A stretch of DNA of 64,000 bases. Source: Chlorobiota bacterium. Its GTDB lineage: Bacteria > Bacteroidota > Chlorobiia > Chlorobiales > Chlorobiaceae. This document shows, one piece after another, positions 20,849-32,196 of the stretch. Location: the NCBI GenBank assembly GCA_016866305.1, contig VGMX01000014.1, positions 2,161-66,160 of the forward strand, in the 5' to 3' direction. Below the pieces are notes generated by a model. That model was not told the DNA's origin, did not search any database, and saw nothing but the letters and a program-made list of their open reading frames with translations. Both the position numbers and the translations under genes were made by a program. Each line of letters begins with the position of its first letter. Positions within the stretch are counted from its first letter, which is position 1.

Positions 20849-22231
20849 ATGAGCAACAACAAAGAACTTCTCTGGCAGAGCCGGTTTTCCGAACCGTTCG
20901 ACCGGGACGCACTTCGCTTCTCATCATCGGTCCATGTCGATAAAGCCCTTTTCAGGGAAGATATACAGGGGTCGGCGGCCCATGTCGCCATGCTTGCCGA
21001 AGAGGGCATTATCGGCAAGGATGAAGCCGAGCAGATTATTTCGGGATTGCAGGAGATCGAAACAGAACTTGAATCGGGGAAACTGGTGCCCCACTGGGAA
21101 GATGAGGATATTCATACGGTGATCGAAAACCGGCTGAAAGAGAAAATAGGCGCGGTAGCCGGTAAAATACACTCCGGCAGAAGCCGCAACGACCAGGTGG
21201 CCACCGATACCCGGCTCTATCTCAAGCGCCAGATCTCCGCGCTCGGCGAGGCATTGCGCACCCTGCAGCAAACCCTCGTATCGAAAGCCGAAACCTACAG
21301 GGAAACCATCATTTTCGGATACACCCATCTGCAGCGGGCCCAGCCTATTTCAGCAGGCCACTACTATCTGGCTTATTTCAACATGTTCGCCCGTGACCGC
21401 CAGCGGCTTGAAGACCTCCGCAAGCGTGTGAATATTTCACCGCTCGGTGCTGCGGCGTTTGCGGGAAGCACGCTTCCCCTGAACCCGTCGAGAAGCGCCG
21501 AAATCCTCGATTTCGAGGGTGTTTTTTCGAACAGCATCGATGCAGTCAGCGACCGCGACATCATTATCGAATTCATCTCGGCCTGCTCGATCGTCATGAT
21601 GCATCTGTCGAGATTCGCCGAAGATCTTATCCTGTGGAGTTCCTACGAGTTCGGGTACCTTGAAATCAGCGACGCTTTCGCCACCGGATCGTCCCTGATG
21701 CCACAGAAAAAGAATGCCGACATCGCCGAACTGGTCAGGGGTAAAACCGGCAGGGTCTACGGCAGCCTCATCACCATGCTGACCATCATGAAAGGTCTCC
21801 CGCTCTCCTACAACCGGGACATGCAGGAAGACAAGCCGCCGCTCTTCGACAGCGCTCGAACGACCATCGAGAGCGTGAGAATCTTTTCAAAACTGCTGGA
21901 ACACACCTCGCTGCGCGAAGAACGGCTTGCCCGGCTGACCGCCGAAGATCTCAGCCTTGCAACCGAAATCGCCGAATACCTGGTTCGCAAACAGATGCCG
22001 TTCCGTGACGCGCACCGCGTTACCGGCAGGATCGTTACGCACAGCATCTCCACAGGCACTTCGCTGCCGAACATACCGATTGATGAGTACAGGAGCTACT
22101 CGGAACTGTTCGAACGGGACATCTACGACTCGCTCAGGCCGGAAGCAAGCATCAGGGCGAAGAAAACGCACGGAAGCTGTTCGTTCCGCTCGGTCGAGGA
22201 ACAGCTCGTTGAAGCGCGCAAGCAGCTCTGA
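20849..22231 (+). CDS. argH: Argininosuccinate lyase
   Basis: [41 protein letters not shown]. Confidence 0.97.
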   Translation: MSNNKELLWQSRFSEPFDRDALRFSSSVHVDKALFREDIQGSAAHVAMLAEEGIIGKDEAEQIISGLQEIETELESGKLVPHWEDEDIHTVIENRLKEKIGAVAGKIHSGRSRNDQVATDTRLYLKRQISALGEALRTLQQTLVSKAETYRETIIFGYTHLQRAQPISAGHYYLAYFNMFARDRQRLEDLRKRVNISPLGAAAFAGSTLPLNPSRSAEILDFEGVFSNSIDAVSDRDIIIEFISACSIVMMHLSRFAEDLILWSSYEFGYLEISDAFATGSSLMPQKKNADIAELVRGKTGRVYGSLITMLTIMKGLPLSYNRDMQEDKPPLFDSARTTIESVRIFSKLLEHTSLREERLARLTAEDLSLATEIAEYLVRKQMPFRDAHRVTGRIVTHSISTGTSLPNIPIDEYRSYSELFERDIYDSLRPEASIRAKKTHGSCSFRSVEEQLVEARKQL

Positions 22232-22272
22232 TTTCCTGAACACGGGCGACCAGCTGAGGGGAATCCCGGAGA

Positions 22273-24372
22273 TCAGTTCATCGACAGCGGTCTGCGCAGA
22301 GGGATGCCGGCGGCCGGCCGGCTTTTCTTCATTCCGGCCAGATTGCCCATGATCTCCACGGCGCGGTTCAGCATGTAATCTCTCGATGGTTCCCTGATGC
22401 CGTCCTGTTCGGGCACCCATCTCTTTTCGATTCTCTTCAGTTCCTCGCTCTCCTGGCGGAACGACGCCTCGTTCAGGGAGACGCTCTTTCTTTTCCTGAT
22501 ACGGTTCAGGATACCGAGATCACGCGTGTACTCCCTGTCGTTCCGGTTCTGTGCCGAGGCCGCATGATAGCTCAGCCGCAGCTGATCGATCTCCTCACGG
22601 GAAACCATTGAAACAGGCCTGTAGAACGTTCTTGAGATCGTGCTCCAGGGCAGGCTGCTCGTATAGGTGTCCTCACCTATCGACGAAAGATCAATCATGG
22701 AGGGGATCGCAATATCCGGGTGAACCCCCTTGTGCTGGGTGCTGCCGCCGGAGATCCGGTAAAATTTTGCAACCGTAAGTTTCAACTGGCCGAGATCGCT
22801 CTGTTTCGTCAGGAAATTCAGAGGGCGGTTGATTTTGACCAGACTCTGAACCGTGCCCTTGCCGAAGGTGCGTTCCCCGATGATGACACCCCGCCCATAG
22901 TCCTGGACTGCCGCAGCTACGATTTCGGAAGCCGACGCGCTGTAGCGGTTCACCAGCACGGCAAGCGGGCCGTCGTAGAGCGTGCGTTTGTCATCGTCTC
23001 GCAGCACCATTTTTCCCCCCGAAGAGTTGCTGATCTGCACAACCGGACCACCCGGAATGAACAGGCCGGTCACATTGACCGCTTCTTCAAGCGATCCGCC
23101 GCCGTTGTCGCGCAGATCGACAATCACGCCGTCAACTCCGGCGGCATCGAGTTCGGAAAGAATGCGAGCCACATCCCTGGTCGTGCTGTTGAAGTTGCTT
23201 GCGTTGCGTTTCTGCGCCTCGAAATCAAGATAGAACGACGGAATGGTGATCACGCCGATTTTCCGGTTATCCGCCAGCATGATGCTTTTGCTTGCGGCCT
23301 GCTCCTGCAGATTGACCTTGTCGCGCACCAGACGGATGATTTTAGCCGGCCCCCTTCCTCCCTGACTTGCAGGAAAGACTTTCAGCCGGATCACGGTACC
23401 TTTTCGGCCACGGATAAGTTTGACGACATCATTGATACGCCAGCCCCTCACATCGACAAGCTCCCCTGCCGCACCCTGGCCTACCCCGACGATTCTGTCG
23501 GATTTCTTCAGCAGATTGCTCCTGAATGCCGGGCCTCCGGGAATGATTTCGTTGACGAGGGTATACTCACCATCCATCTCCAGTTTTGCCCCGATGCCTT
23601 CGAGCGACCCGCTGAGATCGATCTGGAAATTCTCGAATTCGTCGGGTGAAAAATAGCTGGTGTGCGGATCAAACGAGGTGGTGACCGCATAAAGATATGC
23701 CCGAAACGCATCTTCAGGTTTCTGCTGGTTCAGCAGCTTGAGGCGGTTCAGAAACGTTTTCGAGAGTTCGCTGCGAATCGTCCGGTCGGTGCCATCGGAA
23801 TACCTTGTGTTCAGCCACTGGTATTTCAGCTCTTTTTTCCAGAGCGCCTGGAGTTGCCGGCGGTCGGCAGGCCAGGGATCGGCCTTGCGGTCCAGATCGA
23901 GCATCTCCGGTTTGTTGAAATCGAAACGGACAGTATCGGCAACGGCTTTCATGTAGCGCATTTTCTCTCTCGCCCGGCGGAGAAACTGGTTGTAGATTGC
24001 AAAACCGGCAATTGATTTTCCCTCGAGCAGCTCGTTGTCGAGACGGTTTCCGTAAACCTTGTTCAGCGAGGCCACTTCCCCGGCAAGAAAATAACTTTTG
24101 CTGCCGTCGAGCTGTTCCAGGTAACGCAGGAAAATCTGCTGCGAGAGCGAATCATTGACCGCAACCCTGCGGTAATGGTTTTTCAGCAGGTATTGGCTCA
24201 CATACCTGCCGGCGACAAGCTGTGACGGGGTCGGTCTGAGCGGAACAGACGCAACGACGGGGGAAAGCCTGGTGGAGGTCACAGCTGCGGCGGGCGACGC
24301 CGTGCAGCAGCACGAAACGATAACAGCGATCAGACCTGTTTTGATGATCGCCGGTGTATGATAATAGTCCAT
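22273..24372 (-). CDS. prc: Carboxy-terminal processing protease (Prc/Tsp, S41)
   Basis: Signal peptide, DPHTSY, PDZ (GIGAKL), DLRDNGGGSL, SASASEI, GERTFGKGTVQ, KFYRISGGSTQ. Confidence 0.92.
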   Translation of the reverse strand: MDYYHTPAIIKTGLIAVIVSCCCTASPAAAVTSTRLSPVVASVPLRPTPSQLVAGRYVSQYLLKNHYRRVAVNDSLSQQIFLRYLEQLDGSKSYFLAGEVASLNKVYGNRLDNELLEGKSIAGFAIYNQFLRRAREKMRYMKAVADTVRFDFNKPEMLDLDRKADPWPADRRQLQALWKKELKYQWLNTRYSDGTDRTIRSELSKTFLNRLKLLNQQKPEDAFRAYLYAVTTSFDPHTSYFSPDEFENFQIDLSGSLEGIGAKLEMDGEYTLVNEIIPGGPAFRSNLLKKSDRIVGVGQGAAGELVDVRGWRINDVVKLIRGRKGTVIRLKVFPASQGGRGPAKIIRLVRDKVNLQEQAASKSIMLADNRKIGVITIPSFYLDFEAQKRNASNFNSTTRDVARILSELDAAGVDGVIVDLRDNGGGSLEEAVNVTGLFIPGGPVVQISNSSGGKMVLRDDDKRTLYDGPLAVLVNRYSASASEIVAAAVQDYGRGVIIGERTFGKGTVQSLVKINRPLNFLTKQSDLGQLKLTVAKFYRISGGSTQHKGVHPDIAIPSMIDLSSIGEDTYTSSLPWSTISRTFYRPVSMVSREEIDQLRLSYHAASAQNRNDREYTRDLGILNRIRKRKSVSLNEASFRQESEELKRIEKRWVPEQDGIREPSRDYMLNRAVEIMGNLAGMKKSRPAAGIPLRRPLSMN

Positions 24373-24508
24373 GACTTATTCGAAACGCTCCTCTTGAGTG
24401 TTCTTGAATGAGTTGACGAATTGTTATATTATCAGCCAGTCAGCCCGCAGGACTTCAGTTGATGCCGAAAAATCCGCAGGAAAATAAACAATTAAGCAAA
24501 ACCTTTAT

Positions 24509-25483
24509 ATGGAAAAGATGCCAGTAAGCTATAAAGAGCTCGGTCTTGTCAACAGCCGTGAACTTTTCGCAAAAGCAGTCAAGGGCGGCTATGCCATACC
24601 GGCCTACAATTTCAATAATCTCGAACAGCTTCAGGCTATCGTCATGGCCTGTGCCGAAACTGCGTCACCGGTCATCCTCCAGGTATCCAAGGGCGCCAGA
24701 AGCTACGCCAACGAAACGCTGCTCAAACACCTTGCCCGAGGCGCCGTCGAATACGCCATGGAACTCGGAACACCGGTGCCCATTGTGCTGCATCTCGATC
24801 ACGGCGACAGTTTCGAACTGTGCAAGGAGTGCATTGAATCAGGTTTTTCATCGGTCATGATCGACGGCTCACACCTTTCCTATGAAGAGAACGTCACACT
24901 CACCAGAAAAGTTGTGGACTACGCCCATCAGCATGATGTCACCGTCGAAGGAGAACTCGGTGTGCTTGCCGGCATCGAGGATGAAGTTTCCGCAGCCCAC
25001 CATACCTACACCCAGCCGGAGGAGGTCGAGGACTTCGTTGCGAAAACCGGCGTCGACAGCCTTGCCATCTCCATCGGCACCTCACATGGCGCGTTCAAGT
25101 TCAAGCCCGGCGAAGACCCGAAAATCCGCCTCGACATTCTTGATGAAATCGAACGGCGCATTCCCGGATTTCCCATCGTGCTGCATGGCGCCTCATCGGT
25201 GCCCCAGGACCTTGTTTCCACGATCAATGCGCATGGCGGCAAGCTCAAGGACGCCATCGGCATCAGTGAAGACCAGCTTCGTCTTGCCGCCAAATCCGCA
25301 GTCTGCAAAATCAATATCGATTCCGACGGCCGCCTTGCCATGACCGCTGCGGTCAGGAAAGTGCTCGATGAAAAACCGGAAGAGTTCGACCCGCGGAAAT
25401 ATCTCGGTCCTGCCCGCGAATCCCTGAAAAAGCTTTATATCCACAAGATCATGAATGTCCTGGGTTCGAACGGCAAAGCATGA
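24509..25483 (+). CDS. fba: Class II fructose-1,6-bisphosphate aldolase
   Basis: LHLDHG, SVMIDGS, VEGELG, GTSHG, VLHGAS, KINIDSDGR. Confidence 0.95.
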   Translation: MEKMPVSYKELGLVNSRELFAKAVKGGYAIPAYNFNNLEQLQAIVMACAETASPVILQVSKGARSYANETLLKHLARGAVEYAMELGTPVPIVLHLDHGDSFELCKECIESGFSSVMIDGSHLSYEENVTLTRKVVDYAHQHDVTVEGELGVLAGIEDEVSAAHHTYTQPEEVEDFVAKTGVDSLAISIGTSHGAFKFKPGEDPKIRLDILDEIERRIPGFPIVLHGASSVPQDLVSTINAHGGKLKDAIGISEDQLRLAAKSAVCKINIDSDGRLAMTAAVRKVLDEKPEEFDPRKYLGPARESLKKLYIHKIMNVLGSNGKA

Positions 25484-25520
25484 ACGATCCGAAACGCCTT
25501 TCCGTACGGCTTTCTCCTTC

Positions 25521-25545
25521 AAAGCGCTCCTCCAGGGGGCGCTTT
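25521..25545. terminator. Probable bidirectional intrinsic terminator between convergent fba and amidohydrolase
   Basis: AAAGCGCTCC-tccag-GGGGCGCTTT stem-loop with A/T flanks. Confidence 0.5.
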
Positions 25546-25689
25546 GCCGTTGGAACTTCTTCCTGAATGAGCTTCCGTCATGCGTATTGTAAAATAAAAC
25601 AAAGTAGTTGTACAAGCAAAGCCCTTCGGCACGGCAAGGACGTCAAAGAAGACCATGCCACGGGGGCGGTGTGGCGCGAGTGTCGCGGA

Positions 25690-26901
25690 TCACATGAAGA
25701 AACGCAGCGCCGTATATGCCAGCAGTCCTGCCCCCTGGGCAAGCACCTTTTCGTCGGGATCGAACGTCGATGCATGCAGCGTGTTCCCTCGCTGTTCAGC
25801 CTGCCCGTCGCCGGTGCCGATCTGCCAGAAAGTGCCCGGAACCTGCTGCAGGTAATATGCGAAATCCTCTGCGGTCATCAGCGGTTCGCTCTCCTTCACG
25901 TTCTGCTTGCCGAGATACTCGATGCAGTACCCTTCAGCCTCATCGGTCATGGCGTGATCGTTGATCAGCGCCGGATATCCTGTCCTGATTTCAAGCTCCG
26001 CGTTCACACCGAGAGCAGAGGCCGTGCCGGCAACCGTTTCCCTCAGCCGCTCCTTGAGGCGGGCGCGCAGCGATTCGTTCATGGTCCGCATCGTGCCGGA
26101 CATGGTAACGGTGGATGGAATGACGTTCGGAGCGTTGCCGCCGTGAATCGATGCAATCGAGACGACGGCCGGTTCGTGCGGCGGAGCGACACGGCTGACA
26201 AGATGCTGGACCGCCGTAATGATATGCGCTGCGGCAAGCACCGGATCGGCCGCCTTGTGTGGTGCCGATGCGTGCCCTCCCCGGCCATTGACGGCAATGT
26301 ACAGCTCGTCCGTCGCAGCCATGAAGCTGCCGCCGGAAAGCGCCACCTTTCCGGCTTCAACGCTCGGAAAGCAGTGCTGCCCGAAAATCGCCTGAGGACA
26401 GAAACGCTCGAAAAGCCCCGCCTCGATGAGCGGCCTTGCCCCCCCGGGAGCCTTCTCCTCGGCAGGTTGAAAAATCAGCAGCACATCGCCCTGCAGTTCA
26501 TCCCTGAACTCCGTGAGCAATTTTGCCGCACCAAGAAGCATGGCCGTATGCATATCGTGGCCGCACGCATGCATTTTCCCCGGCTCCAGGGAACAGAACC
26601 CGTGGCTGTTCTCCTCGCTTACCGGAAGTGCGTCGATATCCGCCCTGAGGGCAACCAGACGCCGCTTACGGGTACCGTCCCCCTTGCCTCTGAGCAGCGC
26701 AACAACTCCGGTTTCAAGAAATGGCGGTTCCGGCTCGATGCCGAGCCCGACAAGATAGTCGCGGACAAGCAGGGTCGTCCGGAACTCTTCATAGGACAGT
26801 TCAGGATGACGGTGAATCTCCCTGCGGAGGGCGAGCATGTCCGGGTAGATTTCCTCTGCTCTTGATTGGATACGTGAAGCAAGAGAAGCAAGCATAACCA
26901 T
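25690..26901 (-). CDS. M20D family amidohydrolase
   Basis: RREIHRHPELS, RADIDALP, HACGHD, FQPAEE, AEDF; start placed at ATG 26901. Confidence 0.9.
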   Translation of the reverse strand: MVMLASLASRIQSRAEEIYPDMLALRREIHRHPELSYEEFRTTLLVRDYLVGLGIEPEPPFLETGVVALLRGKGDGTRKRRLVALRADIDALPVSEENSHGFCSLEPGKMHACGHDMHTAMLLGAAKLLTEFRDELQGDVLLIFQPAEEKAPGGARPLIEAGLFERFCPQAIFGQHCFPSVEAGKVALSGGSFMAATDELYIAVNGRGGHASAPHKAADPVLAAAHIITAVQHLVSRVAPPHEPAVVSIASIHGGNAPNVIPSTVTMSGTMRTMNESLRARLKERLRETVAGTASALGVNAELEIRTGYPALINDHAMTDEAEGYCIEYLGKQNVKESEPLMTAEDFAYYLQQVPGTFWQIGTGDGQAEQRGNTLHASTFDPDEKVLAQGAGLLAYTALRFFM

Positions 26902-27209
26902 AATATTCTCGATGGCGCCGGCATCCGGCACTGAAACAAAAAAACCGCACACACCTGCGGCTGTCGCATATTTCTTTGTTGCCCGGTAACCTCCTGCCAC
27001 CACTGTTTGCGGATACGGAAGCGCGCAATCCGTTGCGCTTCGTACGGATGAGTCGTCTGAGAGCAAGGTACGAAATATCCCGTTAAAAGGAAATTCCGGG
27101 TATCGACACCGCTTTCCGGATCATGCAAATAATTTCGGAAAATCGTGAAATATTCACTACTATTTCATATAAACCGAAAATATCCAGCAACAGCTTGCAC
27201 AACAAAGCC

Positions 27210-27932
27210 ATGAACACCGCATCGGGCATCGGTAAACGCATTAAAGCCGTCCGGAACAGGTTCGCCCTGAAACAGGGGGAGTTTGCCGGAAAAATCGGTC
27301 TTTCAGGCAACCGGCTTTCGGAAATCGAGCATGAAAAAGGGGGCATGAAGGCATCGGTGCTGCTTGCCGTATGCCGGGAGTTCGGCATCAGCCCGGAATG
27401 GCTCATGAACGGGGAGGGCGAGATGCTCAAGGAATCCGCAGCAACGGTAAACGCCGGAACCGGTACTATCGGCACCCGTCTGGATCAGCTTGAAGCGCAG
27501 GTGCGTTCAATCATGCAGCCGGTGAGAACAACCGGGGAAAACGTTACGTCCATACCCCTGTTTCTCGGTTGTGTCGTTGCAGGCAATCCCGATCCTGCAA
27601 CAGGCGAAATAGAGGACTTTATCGATATCCCCTCTTCCTGGGCTCACGGCAAAAAACAGGTTTTCGCCCTGCGGGTCAGCGGAGAGAGCATGACCGGCAT
27701 CGGCATCATGCCCGGAGACATGCTGATCGTGGAGTCGAAGCAGCGGGCGAAGGATCGGCAGGTGGTGATTGCAAGCATCAACGGCGAAATGACCGTCAAA
27801 ACACTCAGCATCGAGAAAGGAGGTTCTGTCCTGCTGCTTCCCGCAAACCCTTCCTACAAGCCGATTCCCGTCACCGCTGAGATGGATTTCCGCATCCATG
27901 GCGTGGTGCTTGCGGCGGTACGCAGCTACTGA
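27210..27932 (+). CDS. XRE-HTH plus S24 autopeptidase repressor (non-canonical LexA/CI-like)
   Basis: N-terminal RIKAVR...LKQGEFA...LSEIE HTH; VAG scissile site; SGESM (Ser) and TVK (Lys) catalytic dyad. Confidence 0.85.
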   Translation: MNTASGIGKRIKAVRNRFALKQGEFAGKIGLSGNRLSEIEHEKGGMKASVLLAVCREFGISPEWLMNGEGEMLKESAATVNAGTGTIGTRLDQLEAQVRSIMQPVRTTGENVTSIPLFLGCVVAGNPDPATGEIEDFIDIPSSWAHGKKQVFALRVSGESMTGIGIMPGDMLIVESKQRAKDRQVVIASINGEMTVKTLSIEKGGSVLLLPANPSYKPIPVTAEMDFRIHGVVLAAVRSY

Positions 27933-28178
27933 AGGGCTGGTTGACGATGGCCGGAAACAGCAATGCAAAGCCCCGAATAAAAACCCGCCTGCAGCAGAGC
28001 GGCAACGACCCGCATATGCAGATGCTGCGGCAGCCCGTTGAAGTCTGGGATATGCGGCTCCATATCCTTTTATGGAGATATCTGCCCGTTTCCGGTTCGA
28101 ACGGACTCCGCCAGCAGGCAAAACTCGGGAGGCAAGGTTCTTCGACGCAACAGGAAGGGCAAGGCAGACAACAGGGGC

Positions 28179-28874
28179 CTACATGTCGAGGTAGCGGATG
28201 AATTCAAGGGCTTTTTCCCGAAGCTCATCTTCACCGGAACCTGGAAACGGCGTTGTGTAACGGACACGGTAACCGTATTTTTCAAGGTTGGTGACAAGGC
28301 GGAACAGATCGGCGGTCTGCACCCTGAAACACAGAATCACCCCCTCTCCTTCGACTGAAGGAGTCCTGAAGCCGTATGCCGGTACCGAGGCATCGTTTTT
28401 CTCGAACACGGAAAGCACTTCTGAAATGCGAACGCCGGATGGAGGCACTTCGAGTTCAAGCGTCACGCACTCCCCTGCCGCAAGATGAAAGAGGGTGGAA
28501 ATCTCCTTTGCAAGACGGCATTTCTCGATCACGGCACTGAACAGCCCCCCCTCATCGACAATGGCGATGATATCGCCGGGAGCCGATGAAGCCCTGCTGA
28601 AAACATCGAGCAGATGTTCATGCGGGCCCGCTACCGCAATGCGCGGCAGCGGAAGATCCGAGAGCGCTGCGGGCATTGCGGGCATTCCGCCTTCTCTTGC
28701 AGCGAGCAGGAGCGAAAGCGTGACCAGAGATACCGGCTTTCCCTCCCGAAGCACCGGGGCGCAGTTGCGCCCCTGCACCGTGAGGACATGCTGCGCTGTT
28801 TCCACCTGGTCGGTTTCGGAAAACACCGGATATCCGTGAAGCGAGAACCGCTCTATGTACTCGTTCAGCAGCAT
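28179..28874 (-). CDS. CBS-domain protein (degenerate CBS pair)
   Basis: PVLREGKPVSLVT and AIVDEGGLFSAVI CBS-like strands; C-terminal LEKYGY; 10-bp overlap with rpiB. Confidence 0.7.
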   Translation of the reverse strand: MLLNEYIERFSLHGYPVFSETDQVETAQHVLTVQGRNCAPVLREGKPVSLVTLSLLLAAREGGMPAMPAALSDLPLPRIAVAGPHEHLLDVFSRASSAPGDIIAIVDEGGLFSAVIEKCRLAKEISTLFHLAAGECVTLELEVPPSGVRISEVLSVFEKNDASVPAYGFRTPSVEGEGVILCFRVQTADLFRLVTNLEKYGYRVRYTTPFPGSGEDELREKALEFIRYLDM

Positions 28875-29299
28875 GGCTCAATCTTGTTGACCCTTCTTTC
28901 GTGCCGTCCGCCCTCGAAACCTGCGGCAAACCAGTTTTCAAGGCTTCTGGCAATGGTTTCGCGGTCGGTGAACCGTGCGGAAAAACAGATGATATTTGCA
29001 TTGTTGTGCTCGCGGGCAAGCGTTGCGAACTCCGGTCGGCAGGCAAGCGCCGCCCTTATGCCTTTCACCTTGTTGGCCGAAATAGAAACGCCGATACCGG
29101 TCCCGCAAAGAAGCACGCCCTGCTGGCAGTCCCCGCCCGCCACACTCTCACCGACCTTCCGGGCATAATCGGGATAATCCACCGAATCGTCGTTGAACGG
29201 CCCCATATCAACGGCTTCGTGGCCGTTCCGGCCAAGCCACTCGATGACAAAGTTCTTCAGTTCATACCCGGCGTGATCGCTTCCAACTGCAATCTTCAT
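28865..29299 (-). CDS. rpiB: Ribose-5-phosphate isomerase B
   Basis: [33 protein letters not shown]. Confidence 0.96.
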   Translation of the reverse strand: MKIAVGSDHAGYELKNFVIEWLGRNGHEAVDMGPFNDDSVDYPDYARKVGESVAGGDCQQGVLLCGTGIGVSISANKVKGIRAALACRPEFATLAREHNNANIICFSARFTDRETIARSLENWFAAGFEGGRHERRVNKIEPCC

Positions 29300-31440
29300 A
29301 ACTCTTCTGCTTTAAATTTATTGGATATTTTTTTTCTTGCCGACTGATTCAGAAAAATATTCTGGCTGTTGATCTCCTGCGTCCGGTCGCCCTCAACCTT
29401 CCGGTACGTTCCGTCGGGGAGCATCTGCCACGCTTTGGTGTTGTCGAGCAGCATCAGTTCGAGGTCCGATTTCACCATCTGGATGATCTTGCGGTCGAGC
29501 ACGGGAAAAAGCACTTCGACGCGGTGATCGAGATTTCGCGGCATGATATCCGCACTGCCGAGATAGAGTTCTCCATGACCGCCCTTGCAGAAATAGTAGG
29601 CACGACTGTGTTCGAGAAAACGACCGATAATGCTGATAACCCGGATGTTCTCGCTGATGCCCGGAATGCCGGGTTTCAGGCAACAGATGCCACGCACCAC
29701 AAGGTCAATCTGCACCCCTTCTCCGGATGCACGGTACAGGGCGCGTATCGTCTTTTCGTCCACGAGAGCGTTCATCTTCATGATGATGCGACCACCGCCC
29801 CCCTGGTTGCGATGCTGTTCAACCTCCCTCTCGATCATGCCGATTATCCGCTTTCTTGTATTGATGGGTGAAACCAGCAGTTTTTTGTACCCGGTATACT
29901 TCGAATAGCCGGTCAGCGCATTGAAAAGTTCGGCCACTTCGTTGGCGAGCCGATCGTTGGCGGTAAAAAGGCTGTAGTCGGTATAGATCTTTCCGGTTGA
30001 CGGGTTGTAGTTGCCGGTACCGAGGTGCAGATAACGCTTCACCTTGTGATGTTCCCTGCGTACCACCATGGTAAGCTTGGCATGGGTTTTCAGGCCCGGC
30101 AGACCGTAAATGACATGAGCGCCGACATCCTCGAGCGCCCGAGCCCAGACGATATTGTTTTCCTCATCGAACCGCGCCTTGAGTTCGACGAGCACCGCAA
30201 CCTGTTTGCCGTGTTCGACGGCATCCATGAGCGCCTTGACGATCGGTGAATTGCTGCCGACCCGGTAGAGCGTCTGCTTGATGGACAGCACATCGGGATC
30301 ATTGGCGGCCTGCCTGATGAAATCCACAACCGGCTGGAAGGAGTCGTAAGGATGGTACAGCAGGCGATCCTTTGTCCTGACGGCACTGAAAATATCTCCC
30401 TCGAACTGCTCCTCGATGCGGTTTGCCGGAACAAAAGGCTCATCCTTCAGATCGGGGCGGTCAATCCGGTGCAGTTCAAGAAGGCAGCCAAGGCCGAGAA
30501 CCCCGTCGATTTCATAGACATTCCTGTCCGTGACGTCGAGGTTGTTCATAAGCAGCTTCCGAACCGACTCCGGCATTTCCGGACCTATATCGAGACGGAC
30601 AACCTTGCCGTAACGCCTCGAACGGATTCCCTGCTCTATGGTTTCAAGCAGATCACCCGCCTCATCCTCCTCGATTTCGATATCCGCATTGCGGATAACC
30701 CGGAAAAGATACAAGTTGATGATCCGCATTTCCGGAAAGAGCTGGTCGAGATTGTTGGCTATGAGATCCTCAAGCCAGAGAAAACGGGCGGAGCTGTCTT
30801 CAAAAACAAGATTTTCGATGCCCCCCAGCTCCAGCATGCGGGGCAGAATGCTTGGAACCTTCACACGGGCGAACTTGTGCGCATGCGTTTCGGCATCCTC
30901 GAGTTCGATGGCCAGATTGAGCGAAAGATTCGACAGAAAGGGAAAGGGATGGCCGGTATCGAAAGCAAGCGGCGTCAAAACGGGAAAAATTTCCTGGCGG
31001 AAATAGGTACGGAGTACATCCTGGTTCTCCCGGCTCAGGTTCATAAAACGAACAAATACAATTCCTTTTTCAGCCAGAGCGGGGACAATATCGTTATAGA
31101 AACAGTCGTTTCGCAGGCGGAGCTGCACAAGGGTTCTTGAACGGATTGTTTCAAGCTGTTCAGCAGGTGTCAGCCCGTCAACGGTACGATCCTGAATGCC
31201 TGCATCGAGCTGATCTTCGATACCCGCGACCCGGATCATGAAATATTCGTCGAGATTCGAGCTGAAAATTGATATGAACTTGGCCCGTTCAATAAGGGGA
31301 TGGGCTCCGGGAGTCAATGCCTCCTCAAGCACTCTCTGATTGAACTCAAGCCAGCTCAGCTCCCTGTTGAGGTAAAAGGCAGGATCACGGAGATCCCTGA
31401 CGGCCTGAACAGCGTCGGTATCGAAATGCACGGGATCCAT
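29296..31440 (-). CDS. ppk1: Polyphosphate kinase 1
   Basis: [40 protein letters not shown] (phospho-His), [16 protein letters not shown]. Confidence 0.97.
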   Translation of the reverse strand: MDPVHFDTDAVQAVRDLRDPAFYLNRELSWLEFNQRVLEEALTPGAHPLIERAKFISIFSSNLDEYFMIRVAGIEDQLDAGIQDRTVDGLTPAEQLETIRSRTLVQLRLRNDCFYNDIVPALAEKGIVFVRFMNLSRENQDVLRTYFRQEIFPVLTPLAFDTGHPFPFLSNLSLNLAIELEDAETHAHKFARVKVPSILPRMLELGGIENLVFEDSSARFLWLEDLIANNLDQLFPEMRIINLYLFRVIRNADIEIEEDEAGDLLETIEQGIRSRRYGKVVRLDIGPEMPESVRKLLMNNLDVTDRNVYEIDGVLGLGCLLELHRIDRPDLKDEPFVPANRIEEQFEGDIFSAVRTKDRLLYHPYDSFQPVVDFIRQAANDPDVLSIKQTLYRVGSNSPIVKALMDAVEHGKQVAVLVELKARFDEENNIVWARALEDVGAHVIYGLPGLKTHAKLTMVVRREHHKVKRYLHLGTGNYNPSTGKIYTDYSLFTANDRLANEVAELFNALTGYSKYTGYKKLLVSPINTRKRIIGMIEREVEQHRNQGGGGRIIMKMNALVDEKTIRALYRASGEGVQIDLVVRGICCLKPGIPGISENIRVISIIGRFLEHSRAYYFCKGGHGELYLGSADIMPRNLDHRVEVLFPVLDRKIIQMVKSDLELMLLDNTKAWQMLPDGTYRKVEGDRTQEINSQNIFLNQSARKKISNKFKAEEL

Positions 31441-31453
31441 AGGTCTGTTCTTT

Positions 31454-32038
31454 TTAGATAAATTTCATGATGCCCCCTTCGTGCACCGCATAATCGAGCG
31501 GCTCGTCCCAGGGATCACCGGGGACTGCCGGCACGATCTGCAGGCTGAATGCCAGTCCTATGCGGCACGGAAAGCGACCTGCCGCGGCAAGTGCCGAAAG
31601 AAACCGGTCAAAATACCCCCTGCCGTAACCGAGACGGGAGCCCCGTGCGTCAACGGCGACAACAGGCATGATCAGCACCTCGATTCGATTTGGCTCGACG
31701 GAACGGAAAAGCTGGGGTTCCGGCTGGCCGAACCGTCCTTTTACGAGTTGATCGCCCGGCAGGTAACGGCACGGATCGAGTCTCCCATTGCGGATAACCG
31801 GCACGGCAAGTTTTTTGCCGGCATCGGCAAGACGCCCGATGAGGTTCCCGGTAAAAACCTCGCGATTTTCCGGAATGGAAAGATAAACCAGAACATGTTC
31901 CGCCTCGAGAACCCTGCCGATTCCCAGAACTTCCGAAGCAATGACCGCACTTTTTTCAAGCCATTCCCCTTCCCGCATCTGTTTTCTGCGGAAAAGTACC
32001 TCTTTTCGGATAGCCTGCTTGTCGGATATCGGTGCCAA
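31454..32038 (-). CDS. 5-formyltetrahydrofolate cyclo-ligase
   Basis: K..IRK N-terminus, [18 protein letters not shown]. Confidence 0.92.
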   Translation of the reverse strand: MAPISDKQAIRKEVLFRRKQMREGEWLEKSAVIASEVLGIGRVLEAEHVLVYLSIPENREVFTGNLIGRLADAGKKLAVPVIRNGRLDPCRYLPGDQLVKGRFGQPEPQLFRSVEPNRIEVLIMPVVAVDARGSRLGYGRGYFDRFLSALAAAGRFPCRIGLAFSLQIVPAVPGDPWDEPLDYAVHEGGIMKFI

Positions 32039-32196
32039 TAACGTGCAATCGGGCGTTCATGCGAAATCAACACAAGATAAAATAACTTGGCAATCTTTCA
32101 GCGCCCTGTTTGAGTGAAGCTGACGAGTTGTAGTTCATCACGAATGATTTTACATTATCAGAACAAACCATCAACCATTACAAGCCAGTCTCTTCC

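Noticed and set aside
25567-26865. 432-aa plus-strand ORF
   Set aside because: Antisense shadow of the M20 amidohydrolase.
27963-28358. Cys-rich reading frame MQSPE*KPACSR...ICRCCGSPLKSGICG...DICP interrupted by TAA at 27978
   Set aside because: No SD, early stop, and it runs antisense into the CBS gene; cannot be told from chance without homologs.
32039-32196. 6S RNA (often upstream of 5-formyl-THF cyclo-ligase)
   Set aside because: Gap is only about 158 bp, must hold divergent promoters, and shows no long irregular hairpin; an Infernal search with RF00013 would settle it.
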